From Selaginella moellendorffii (Eukaryota; Plantae; Lycopodiophyta): a stretch of 64,000 bases of DNA. The notes below the pieces were generated by a model that worked only from the letters and a program-made list of their open reading frames with translations, had not been told where the DNA came from and did not search any database. The stretch covers positions 692,859 through 756,858 of the forward strand of contig NW_003314307.1 of NCBI RefSeq assembly GCF_000143415.4, read 5' to 3'. Positions within the stretch are counted from its first letter, which is position 1. Every line of letters starts with the position of its first letter. Positions 46,927 through 58,555 of this stretch are shown here, piece by piece. A program made the position numbers and the translations under genes.

Positions 46927-47437
46927 TTCCACCCCTCCTAAAATTTTAAAGTTATATGTAACCCCTTTTAAAAAGGCAATCATTAATATCAAATTGCCAT
47001 TTTATATGTGTCATTATTTTATTAATTTGTTCTATTGAGTTCCAGGCATGAGGAAATATTTTGGGGGGACACTAAATTCCCTACCTTCTGTGCAATGTCA
47101 TTGGCAGAGTGTATAGAACAAAGGGTTAAAAAGTCCCCCCTTTAAAAAAATTTCCCCACCCTACTGTTAGGATAGGGTTCCACAGAAGGAAGATTTTCAA
47201 GGGGGAAACTTTTAACCTCTTGCTCCATGCACCCTGCTAGTGACATGGCATTGGACTTGGGGGAAGGGGGCAAACTTAGTGTCCCCCCCTGAAAATTTCT
47301 CCAATGCCTAGTAGAATAAATTAATAAAATGATGCCACATATAAAAATAGTATTCATTACTTATAAAAAAAATGAATTTAGAAAATTATATCAATGACAT
47401 TACATTAATCTTAAAAGTTTAGAGAGGGGGTGGATGG
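46927..47437. mobile_element. Foldback/MITE-like long imperfect inverted repeat
   Basis: The left arm ttttatatgtg..ttttattaattt..ggggggacactaa..ggttaaaaagtccccc pairs with the right arm ggggaaacttttaacc..ttagtgtcccccc..aaattaataaaat..cacatataaaa. The loop is ~47155-47187. Confidence 0.75.
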
Positions 47438-49065
47438 TATATTAATTGGGGTTTAGACTATGAATGGATGGACCAAATTCAATTTTAATTGTACTGTTCA
47501 TATTCTACACTGTGAAAACATATGTATATTATTTCATATTAAAACATTATACTTTAAAGCAAGCTTGTCCGGCAATCCAATCGCTAGAGGTACCTGTTTA
47601 ATTTCCACAACTCTTCTATTGCTTCCATAGCTTCAATTGATGTATAAGCTTTTGCTTCTTGTTGTCAATGTCTTGAAGTTTAAAGAACAAATTAATCTAG
47701 AGCTAGAAGAGGTGGACCATCCACTTAGGCATACTTGAATTAGCATTGCCTTGAAATCCAATTTGAGTCAAAGCATTCAAATCATTATATGATGCCTAAA
47801 TGATCATATGATATATTTCATTTGATGCTACCAAGGGAAGCCATTCCCATGACCCTTTTCATCCCCCACCCTTTGCCACCCCTTCCCCCCCTTCAGCCCA
47901 CCTAGTGCCCAGAAACCCCCACCAAACACACCACCCAATGTACCAGGTAGAACTTGTCAGCTTGGAGGATTAGGGTGATGTTGTGGTGGGCTCCCCAGCA
48001 AGCAAATGAAGAAAGTATCAATGTGCATGTCTAAATCCGTTCACCTACTGCAACCTCTAAGGTTTAGTGGGGACATCAAATCGATCCATACAGTGCCTGT
48101 GCTTGGTCTTTTGGGGCAGTTCTTGAGTGGCTCAGGGGGATGTCCTATTGAAAATGCCTAGGCAATAAAAGGGTGGATTATATTTCTCTTCAAATTAGTC
48201 TTAGTGTAGTTGGCAGAAGCATCAAGATGGGTTTGCAGAGACCACTATCTTTGGTGTTTGATAACAATCTTGAGCCAATGACCAACAAAGTACCCCATGC
48301 CCAGCAGAATGTCCACAGTACACATTCTGATCAATCTGCACTGGTCCAAACAAGCAGTAGTGCACTCATCTTTAGGGGCATGGCCCATGTTGATCATGTT
48401 ACCATTAGGATGATATAAAAATATCAAGAGAAGGAAAGAAAGAGAGTTTGGACATAGAAGTGGGTTTGGCCAAGATGGTGGGAGGGTGCTTAGCTCAGAT
48501 TGGCTTTGCTGGTGACATGCTTCTTCTTCTTCCTGTTATATATTGTCTCTCGGAGGGCAATCACCCCACTCACCCTCACCAATCTCAATCCTTTATCATC
48601 GGGTTTGATGTGAACCACCCATTGCAGCTGGTGGTGCAATGGCTGCTCACACCACCCCAATCAATCATGTGTGGGTCAACACCATCAAGTAGCTGTTGAG
48701 ACCATCTGCTCTGCTAAATGGCCTATCCCATCAGCAAGTGGGGTAAGATAGAGGCCATCACAGCCAAGGAGAGGTCCATGTGTGGTAGGGCACACAAACA
48801 TTAGAATTGCCTGTTGGGTGTGATTGAGCACACTTTCCTGGAGGGCATGTTCATGTAGGGGAGAAGCAAGTGGGAAGGCCAATGATCTAGATGCCTAGTC
48901 TTGCTTGTGTAAAGGTTGTGGGTTAAGGCTGATATCCTTTTGCTCCACCCACATTGGTGGTGGCAGCAATAGGGGTCAGATCATCACCAATGATGCTTGA
49001 TCAGGGAGAGGGTGCAGCAGCCACACATAGGCTGTGGTTCCTCAGTATTATCATGGAAAAATGGG

Positions 49066-49801
49066 TGTTACGGAGAAAAGAAGGAAACAAAGGGGAAAAG
49101 GGAAAAGGGGTTGGAATGGTGAAATCGCGAAATGGTTGGCTTAGTTGAGTATTTGGTCGCCAGTCGGATTACAAGTCCGACGAGAATAGAAAGAGAGGCT
49201 ACACAATTGGCCAGTTGTACAACTCCTCGATGCGCACTAAGTACTTGGCCGTCAACGGAACTGAAGGTGGGCAAGGATGGCACAAGTCACAGAATCAACA
49301 AAAACCCAAAACAAGTGAATGCACTGGTACAACAGAAAGTAAAATTGAGTGAAAACTAAATGCATCTCGGTGTCAATCCCGGAACACAGAGTAGGAAGTC
49401 AAATCTCACAAGCAGTTGATAAAGAAAAGTTTTACAGAGCTTTCCTTTGTGCAGAGTAGAGATGGGATAAAATTCTCACTCTCACAGCTAGCCTTTTTAT
49501 ACGAAGTCCTTGGCAACCGTGTCCGTGCTTGTTGCCATGGTCCTTTCAGGTTCATGTCTGCAGTACAGATGTTGTCATCTGGCAACCGCTCCTGGTAACC
49601 GCTCCCGGGTCATTTGTACCCGTCCGGTGTTCGAGTCTGTTGTAGAGTTGCTGCTGTAGAGTGTCAAACCAAGATCACTGAGAAACTGAAGTTGGAGTCA
49701 TTGGGTTGGAACTTGGGCAGTTGGACCTTGAGTCCACCAGCATTTTGATGTTTGAACTTGTGCTGCCAAATATTCCTTCTGTCTGACTTTTTCCTTTATC
49801 A
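49066..49801 (-). mobile_element. Possible LTR (TGTTA...TATCA boundaries)
   Basis: TG..CA ends with short terminal inverted similarity, more CpG than the flanks, and a minus-strand TATAAAAA. No target-site duplication or partner LTR is visible. Confidence 0.3.
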
Positions 49802-51087
49802 CTCAACTATTCCACCATAGGAGGACAGCTAGAATATGGGTGTCAAGATGGCATCAACTACTGGATTGAAGGGACCTAGTGCAATGGGGAACACTAGCAA
49901 AGTCAATCTCATGCACCCCGTCAAAGGAACAATAGGTAGGCAGAACACACCACACCTACCCATCTTGGCCATCTTGGTTTTGGGGTAGTGATTAGATCTC
50001 AATTGGTCACTAGTCACACTTGTCAGGCCTAGTACTCCCATACCACAATACCACCCTGTAAGCGACTAATTTTTCCATTCTAATTTAGTCACTTAACCAC
50101 ACCTTTGACCATTTGGAGGAGTCTCTTTCACAACTTCCATAAGTTCAATTTAGGACTTGGGGCTTACGAGCCCTGAGAATGGCATCCATGCCACTTAACC
50201 TTTGCACTTGGTCCAAGTGCTCCACGTGTCTGATCCCATGACCAACACCCCAAGGTACCATCGATATATCAACCTATTATGCTAATGCTATGCCTATTCA
50301 CCTTGGTCACATTGGTGGTCCAACACCACCTGTATCACAGTCCCGTCTCTCAAATACTAAGCTATCCATCCATGAGTGATCATCTTAGATCCACTCCTTA
50401 GCATCCTTAAGATGCCCATAGACATGGGAAATAACCTTCTCCAATATCCCTTTTACAGTCCCCACTAAGTCCCTTTTCTGTCCATGACCATATTTGCCAA
50501 CACTAACACTAAGACAAGGCCTACAGGCCCAACCACTAAGTCCTACTATTTCCTCACCACATGACCATATTCTTGGTCATTACACTAGAGGACCACTCCT
50601 CTTCTTTTCTATAGTTTGGGATTTTGGGATAACATTTTGAAACACTGTGGCCCTACGCAAGTCTCGTAGGTACTCTCCCCACCTTCCGCCTTTGGGTGCT
50701 TTAGCCGTGGGCTTAAAACAAGGTTTTGTTGAGCCATGCTAGGTATCCAAGTAGGTAGTGCCACTCACGCTTGGATTGGGAGTATCGACGATTCAATCTC
50801 CTGAGGGAATTAGAGTTGGCTCTTGAACACTTCACCAAGCTACCCCATTTGTTAGTCCATATTCATTTTAGCTTTGGACTTCCTAGTGGTTATCTCATCA
50901 CCCAACAGCTGGGTATGGCCTTCTTGGGCCAAAACTGGCCTTTTCTGGCCAAACTGGCTCCCTTGGGGTCAAACCCCCACACTCTCCCTACTATACTTTT
51001 GGAACCCTTTGCAGCCTGCTCCCCCCTCCCCCCACGCCCCTTGGGGGACGATCGCTTTAGGCTTTCACCCAACAACCTGTATTAGTA

Positions 51088-51400
51088 TTCGGACTTGGAC
51101 TCGGACTCGGACTCGGATTTGGACTCAGTCTCGGTCTCGGTCTCGGTCTCGGTTCCATCTTGGACTCCATCTCGGACTCCATCTCAGGTCCATCTCGAAC
51201 TCCATCTCGGGTCCATCTCGGACTCCATCTCGGGTCCATTTTGAACTTCATCTCGGACTGCATCTCAGACTCCATCTTGGGTCCATTTCGGACTCCATCT
51301 CGGGTCCATCTCAAACTCCATCTTGGGTCCATTTCGGACTCCATCTCGGGTCCATCTCAAACTCCATCTCGGGTCCATTTCGGACTCCATCTTGGACACT
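51088..51400. repeat. Tandem array: TCGGAC/TCGGTC hexamers grading into 11/12-bp units (GGACTCCATCTC / GGGTCCATCTC)
   Basis: Periodicity is directly visible and gives repetitive ORFs (RTRT, MESE, LHLG). Confidence 0.92.
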
Positions 51401-54400
51401 TCCATGTGTCATATATTGATCCTTTTGTGTCCCTTTTCTAAAGACTCACTTATTGCTCACTTTATGTTTATTCCTTGAGCCTTTCGTTGGGAGTTCCACT
51501 CCTGCTCTCGACTTTTCAAGTCAGAGCTTTTAATCCAAACATGTTACGGTCGTTTGGCTTTCGCTTCAGCCACTACCACATGGCACCCTTTCGGCTCCAC
51601 TTCGGGGCTTAGGGATTTGTGTCTCACACACCCTTTGCATCATCACATCCCACTGATAAGGCTGCAAATCCCGCTGTGATGAGAGAAGCTGAGATTTACA
51701 ACATATATTAATGTATTTTGTAATGTATCTATAATAATGTCAAACTTTCTAGGCTGCTAGATCTAGCCAATCACAACCATCCAATAGGGGGTAACTATCA
51801 AATGGTTATTTCTTTAACCACATTTTAGCAAATAATCTTGTTGATGTTTGCTCTCAGCCAATGGGAGGTGGCTAATTGCCTAGGGCAAGAGAAGATGGCA
51901 TTGCGACATGTGTCACATGCAATGTGTTGACTGGACTATGCTTGTCATCTATCGAGTAGAAAAGGCACTATAAGGAATGCATGTGCTCAATGACATGGCA
52001 AAAAATAAGCAAAGCGTTGGTTCAATGGCTGTGATTAACTTTGGATTAATCAACTGTCTAATTCAAGATCTTTCTCTACAATGGCAGTGGCAGCTAGCAA
52101 TTGACTATAGTTACCAATCATCACCAAATGATGTTTCTTCACACTAGCAAGCTTAACAAGTTCTAGGTTATGTAGAGATGGGTGGAGAGAGCATTGAACT
52201 AGGTTTGTGTTTATCTTGATAAAGTAAAATCCAATCACTTTCTTTCCAGGATCTGAGTGCTCTACACAACTAAGTGCTTTAGGTATTTAGTCTATTCCAA
52301 TATAGTGCTTTATTGCTTGAGGAATAGGTGTGCAAGAAGACTTCAAATAGTTGTTAAATTTTCAAAGTCCCTTTACTATTCTAGTAGGCACTGGCACTTG
52401 GCTTCTTTACTTCTTAAACCTTCTTTGTGGCTAGTTCTAGGCGTTCAGACACACACTTTCAGCCAAAGTGCCCTGTAGGAGTGTAGGAGGTACTCACTTT
52501 TAGAATGTTTCTTTTATTTATGCATTTGTAATGGGATTTTTTAGCTAAGCACAAATTATATAGCATTCTAGACCTTAGCATATGGACAATATGCATGTTT
52601 ATATATTGTAGATCTATAGTTTCATCTGGGTGGTGAGTTGCTTCTTATATATGTATTATCTCGATATGGTAGTTATGATTTCCAATACGAGGTCCACTCA
52701 ACAAGTATGGCATCAACATTGAGGTTCTTTAATATCAATTTCACTGACAATTATGGTATGCACCTTGCAACAGCTTCGATGGCAACCAACGCTGCTTATA
52801 ATAACAACCACCTTTTCAAGCCATCTAAATGGTTGTGTATTCAACACTATAGGGTTAGAGCTAAGAATCCAAACATTGTTCCATTGAGTCAGTTTGCAAG
52901 AGGTGCTTCTACTTATACTTCTACAATCATTGCTAGGGCAATCACTAGTGGATCAAACACCTAACACTACAAACATCATGTTCATTGCTGATGATCCTAA
53001 AGCTAAAAACACCTATAATGTATTTGTAATATTTTGACTAGATTTTTTTCTGTAAACTTCAAAAGCAAGTGCATGTGTTGGGTGATATGGACCATGTCTA
53101 TCATGATCTCAAATTGTCATGGTATTCTGGGGACATGCCAAGTCATATTTTTGATAGTGGAATTAAGGACAAAAATGTTTTTAGGATTGCACCCTCCACT
53201 ATTGTTTTGAAAATTCTAGACGATACACCTTAAAACCACATACAGAAGCAACTACACTTTATCTCATTCATATATGGAAAGAACTTTGGGGTATGTCTTT
53301 TATGATGTTTTTCAGTGGTTTATAATACATGTTTTGTCAATAAGTGCATGGCCACTTCATCCCTAAAAACCCTTGAGCAATCTCTATTTATTGCGACTGT
53401 CATGTTTGCAAAAAGTTTAGGATCGAGAAACAAACATGAGATATTAATTAATGCCACCATTGCAAAAATGAATGAATATTTTTCCAAAGTTTGTGAGTCC
53501 ATGGTAAATTCTATCCAGATAGTGGCCGCCCCCAAGATGTTTGCATGGAGGACACTTATATAGATTAGGCATATGGTCTCACTCCTGGCCAGTTTCTAAG
53601 GATGTGCACTTCTGCTCAAATGCCTAAGGCAATATAACTTTTAGAAACAAAGAGACCACCAATATGCCGCTTTTTATTCTCCACTGGTGCTAATTAGAGC
53701 TTGCCAAAGGTTATTGCATTCAAGGCTGATTAAATTAAAGTGGAGGTAGAGTGTGAATCCCTTCAAAACTCTTCTTCCTCTTGTATGTCGACTCCTTCTT
53801 GGCTACTGTGGTTGTGGCATCAGCCGCGTTTAAGATAACACTTGCCGCAAATATGATTTCAGGTATTGAAAGATACTTGTTAGCCAGTTCTTATGGACAC
53901 TCTTTCCTTACTGCCATGACGGCAAGAGGTCGGTACAATTGGTTCCCTTTATCGTTCCCACTTGAGTTAGTTGAAAAACTGGTCAATGACCTTGCACTTA
54001 AATTGGATAAATATAAGGTAGGAACCCTATGTGTTTTTTGCTGAGCATACTCGGCCTAGTTTGAGAAACTCGTGTCATTGGCTTGCACTTGTTAGTATCA
54101 AGAACCCTTGTGACATTGAGATTAGTCTCTTAATATTGCTGGATGATAGCTTACTGTGTCTACTAAACACCCTCGCTATCATGCTCTTTGTGTTAGTCTC
54201 ATTTTAGTAGCAAATGCTATTTATAGGAAGTGTTTAGACTCACTCATTTAGCATATTTATGGAATGTAGAGATTGGCCTAAACATAATGGTATTCGTCCT
54301 GTGTCCAAACTCGCAATCTAGAGACATTCCATATTTAGTAAGTTTCAAGCTTATCCTAGAGACTAACTCCTGGTACTAAGGGAGGCTTGGGGTGAAAGAC

Positions 54401-54837
54401 CAAAGCGTGTGTTCCTCAGGGGGGGGAGGGTTATGGGGGGTTCCAAATGTATAGCAGGGATAGTGGTTGGAATGCATGTCTGACCACTTGAGACATTAAT
54501 TTGGCTCCCGTTAGGTTGTGTCACTTTTTGTTCTACATCCGGCTTGGGTCTAAGCCCAAGCTCCACACTGCTCTAGTCGGTGGGATCCCTCCTCCTTGCG
54601 TTAGGCCATCGGTATGCCAAAATTGTGCTAGACTCCATTTGACACCATTTTGCATGCAAGTGCTGGATACGGGGAGTTGGTGCTCATGGGATTGTACCGG
54701 ACCCTCATTTCGTAGCGCACGGGCTTGGAGTTTGGCTCCAAATTCAGGTGTGCTACAACACTTCCATGCCAAAACATCTCTGGATTCATGATGATCATTT
54801 GTAAGTTCCAGAAATTTTAAGAAGAAAAACCAATATA

Positions 54838-55810
54838 CCTTAAGCTTTAATTCATGAATAGCATTTGACCCCTCAGATTTCAGCAAGTGTTAGAATGCAC
54901 TAACCAAGAGCTCAAAATCTCCCCCAGGTGGCTCCACAAGTTTTGTAGCTCCTTTTGCTCATCGGTGAGTGTGGGGGAAGCTCTAGACTAGAATCTCTCT
55001 CTAGGAAATGTAGGAATTCTTCACCACAAATGGATTCCTGATGTGTCAAGCATTGCAGGTTGCAGTGATGTGAGTGCTGGCAAGCTTTGTTAGCTAATAA
55101 GAAGAAACCATGGGTGAAATATTGAAGAAAGAAAAAGAATAACTCACTTGAACAACATAAGTACCCATACCACTAGAGGCAGCAATGTTTCCTTTGTAAG
55201 ATCCATTGTACTTCAATCCACTAGAGTCTTGAAGGTTTTGATACTTAGTGAGTCTAGCCATTGGTAAAGCTGCAGCCTCAACAACTGGAACTCTTGATGG
55301 CCTCTTGGTCATGTATTTTATTGTAGCTATAGCATATTGTGCAAATCCTCCACTACACTATGAAAACCACCAAAATTTTTAGTGTGACAAATCTCTCAAG
55401 TGAGAAAGGAAAAAACATGTGAAGATCACAAGATCAAGCCAAGAGACAACTTTGTCTCCCTGTGAGAATCCAGTGATGCCACGGCCAATGCTTACAACTT
55501 CTCCACTCACATTAGAGCCTATATAGAGGGAAAAAAAAGAAGAAAAATAGCCAAGAGAAATAAAGAATCTCAACTCTAACTCCAAAGAAAAAAGCCTAGA
55601 TACTTACAAGGTATATATAGCAATTTGATTAAATAAATGACCTTGAGCATTCCCTTCTAGAGCTTCTAATCCACGGGATTGATCACTGTAGCTTCGATCT
55701 TGACTAGAATTGTTTCCTTTTTGGGCATCGAGAGTGGAATCTCCACATGCTATAATGTTTCCAGGTTGTGATCATCCAAGAATTTTGGGGCATTTAGCTC
55801 AAGCATACCT
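54838..55810 (-). pseudogene. Unprocessed pseudogene of a quinone oxidoreductase (ceQORH-like, MDR family)
   Basis: HVEIP..PKKETILVKIEATVINPVD*K, VSGEVVSIGRGITGFSQGDKVV, GGFAQYAIA..MTKRP..EAAALPMA, AASSGMGTYVVQ and LASTHITATC. Introns are retained and stops are present. Confidence 0.85.
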
Positions 55811-56967
55811 TGAGAGGGGGATGGTTGAAAGTTGAGTTAAGGTCATGAGTTAAGCTCAATTCAGCTCATGTCAATGCTAGTCAACATAGTCAACCATAAG
55901 CCTTAAAAGGAAATATTAAGTCAAAAAAAATGTTATTCTTTGGTGAACTTGAAATTTATGAATTTAAGTATCAATGGTTTAGAGAATTTCTATTTTTAAA
56001 TCTTTTTAATGCAATTTATACAATAAAATACTGTTTCTAGAATTAAAAGTTCGTTTAAACCCATATAAATTTCTGGGCTTTATTGGTCCTAAATAAAATG
56101 GGAATATTGAAGTTCGAATGAACCTCAAATTTCTATTGTACATTTCAACATTTTAACATTTCAACAATTCACCAGAAACATATAAATAATTCAAAACACT
56201 GATTCACTCGTTTATTCTTTAGGGTTTATAGAGATGGGAAGCAAGGAAGACAAAAAATCTGTAAGTAGTTCTAACATACAAAAATGTGAGAATGTTAATT
56301 TTGTTTCACTACCACAATTTCTATATTACACGCCTGGTCCTTATTACCCTCTGGGAATGTGAAGACCACTGTCACTATTGATAAAAATGCTCCTGTTACT
56401 TCCGATACAACAGTCCAGAGCAAAAGAAAAGAACAAATGGATAGCATAGTGGAAAGCACTAATAAATCCATTCTATAAACCTTTCAATAGCTTTTGTAAT
56501 CCACTAAAATATTATAAAAAAATGTAAGTTTTTTATACATATCTTATTCCTTTTGATATGTTTTGTCTTTGCAAAGAGTATAAGTATATATGATGTGGAC
56601 AAATCAAAGAGTTAAATCTATATATAATATTAGGATTGAAAGGTAATCTTGCAAAAAAGTATATTTGCGTGCCTATGTGCATTCCCCATTATTATATATG
56701 GCAAGCCAACTATATAAAATAAGGTTACGTATTAATTATGTATTAGTTTTTAGCTTTTGAAACCCTATAGCCACTTGTCTTTCATAGTAGGTTGTAATTA
56801 CTAAGACTGACAATTATGATTCAATATATTGTCATGTCATAATAAAACATTATTCCCAAGATTGAAATATAGTATATTAATCAAAGAATTCTTATTGCTG
56901 GGAAGTTTAATTCTTCTTGTGTGTTGCAATGGTTAAGAAGAAGTTTATTTTTGGTCCGAAGGCCTTT

Positions 56968-58281
56968 CATATGAGTGTCCACCTCTACCTCCAATCTTAA
57001 CTAATAATCCACCTTCACTTCAACGCAACAATCCTTCTTTTCATTTTGAGGGTTGTTGTGAGGATTTTCCATTTGCAACTTCGAGTGCAACTGAACAAGA
57101 ATTCCTTCCTTATGATGTTATTAAAAGAGTTGGATTGCCCCCAATGCTCCAAGAGCGATATTAATATTTTCTTCAAGATCTTGGATATGGTAGGAGAGCT
57201 TAATGTAGATACATATTATCTTTAGTGTCCTATATGCAACTTTTATTTAAACAAAAAAATGGTTGCATGGGTTTGGTAAATTTTATTGAGCATTGTCACA
57301 AATGCCCAAGAGCGGTTAGAAGGTGTGCACATGTGGATGTATAAGATAATCAAGAAAGAATTAAAAACACATAACTATTATAATTTCATGGTAGAGAACA
57401 ATATTCCATTGATGAACACTTCATTAGTAAGTGTTGAATATGGGATATTTAAGCTACCCTTTAATGTAATGTGAAAGTCATGCATAGTTTTTTCAAAAGT
57501 TTAATTCTTTATGAGTAAAGTGGAGAATCTTATATTTTCGAGAATGATAGTATTCTAGCATGTATGAAGATATTATTATATATACAAGTGGTTCTGGCAC
57601 TGTTATAATTCTTAAGTCCCATTTTTGAGACTGATAATCTAAACTTTCAAGAACCCTTAGATCTTTTCTTAGTATAAATACCGACAAGAAATGCTTTCAA
57701 CATTGAAACTTCAATTTGTTTAGAGTGTAGGAATGGCTAAAGAAAATGTTATTGCTACTCGCACTTGGCCCCTATACATTTTATATGAGTCTCCACCTCC
57801 ATTTCCAACTTCTACTAACATTCCACCCTTCCCTCCACACAATAATTGTTGTGAGGCTTTTCTTTTTGTAGCCCCAAGTATGACTGAATAAGAGATCCCT
57901 CCTCTAGATAATATTCTAGATGTTGCTACTAAAGATGGATTGCCTCATGTGCTTCAAGAGTGATGCCAGATGTTTCTTCAAGATCTTGCTCTAGATATGG
58001 TTGAAACTTTTGAAAGAATGAACAAATATTATCTCTAGTGTTCTATCTACTACTTTTATTTAGATAAAATGGAAAGCTATATGGGTCTAGAAACTTTTCT
58101 AGAACATTGTCACAACTGCCCAAGAACTAGTGTGGAAGGTGTGCATAAATGGATGTATAAGAAAATAAAGAAAGAGTTAAGAACACACAACCATTATTAT
58201 TTCATTGTGAGGAACAATATTCCGTTAGTAAATACTACATCCACAAGTTCTGAATATGGTATTTTTAGGCCATCCTACTGA
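56968..58281 (+). repeat. Diverged tandem duplication (~815-bp period) of a decayed coding-like segment
   Basis: atatgagt(g/c)tccacctc at 56969 and 57783. Related peptides EGVHMWMYKIIKKELKTHNYY and EGVHKWMYKKIKKELRTHNHY. Confidence 0.75.
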
Positions 58282-58404
58282 AAATTTTAGCTACTAATAA
58301 TTCTTACACTATGATATTATCCACCCCTCACCTTTTTTTTATTAAAAAAATTGTATTACCTATAGATAATAATCTCATAATACTAGTAATTATGAAATTT
58401 GACA

Positions 58405-58530
58405 AACTGACATTGTAACTCTGTCATCTCTGACACTGACACTGTCTTTATCACTGACATTATCACTATCACTATCTGCTGCACTGACACTGTCACTGTC
58501 ACAATCATTATCACATTGACATATGACACA
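58405..58530. repeat. Degenerate hexamer microsatellite (ACTGAC/ACTGTC/ATTATC)
   Basis: Directly visible 6-bp periodicity. Confidence 0.7.
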
Positions 58531-58555
58531 TCTTTCTTATTGCAAGTGGATGTAT

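Noticed and set aside
47840-49065. Decayed coding or transposon sequence
   Set aside because: It is CpG-depleted with short ORFs but no motif I can assign.
54310-54800. Chromodomain remnant, polypurine tract and LTR start
   Set aside because: Only a faint YLV..NSW peptide and a G-run are present. No LTR ends or partner could be defined.
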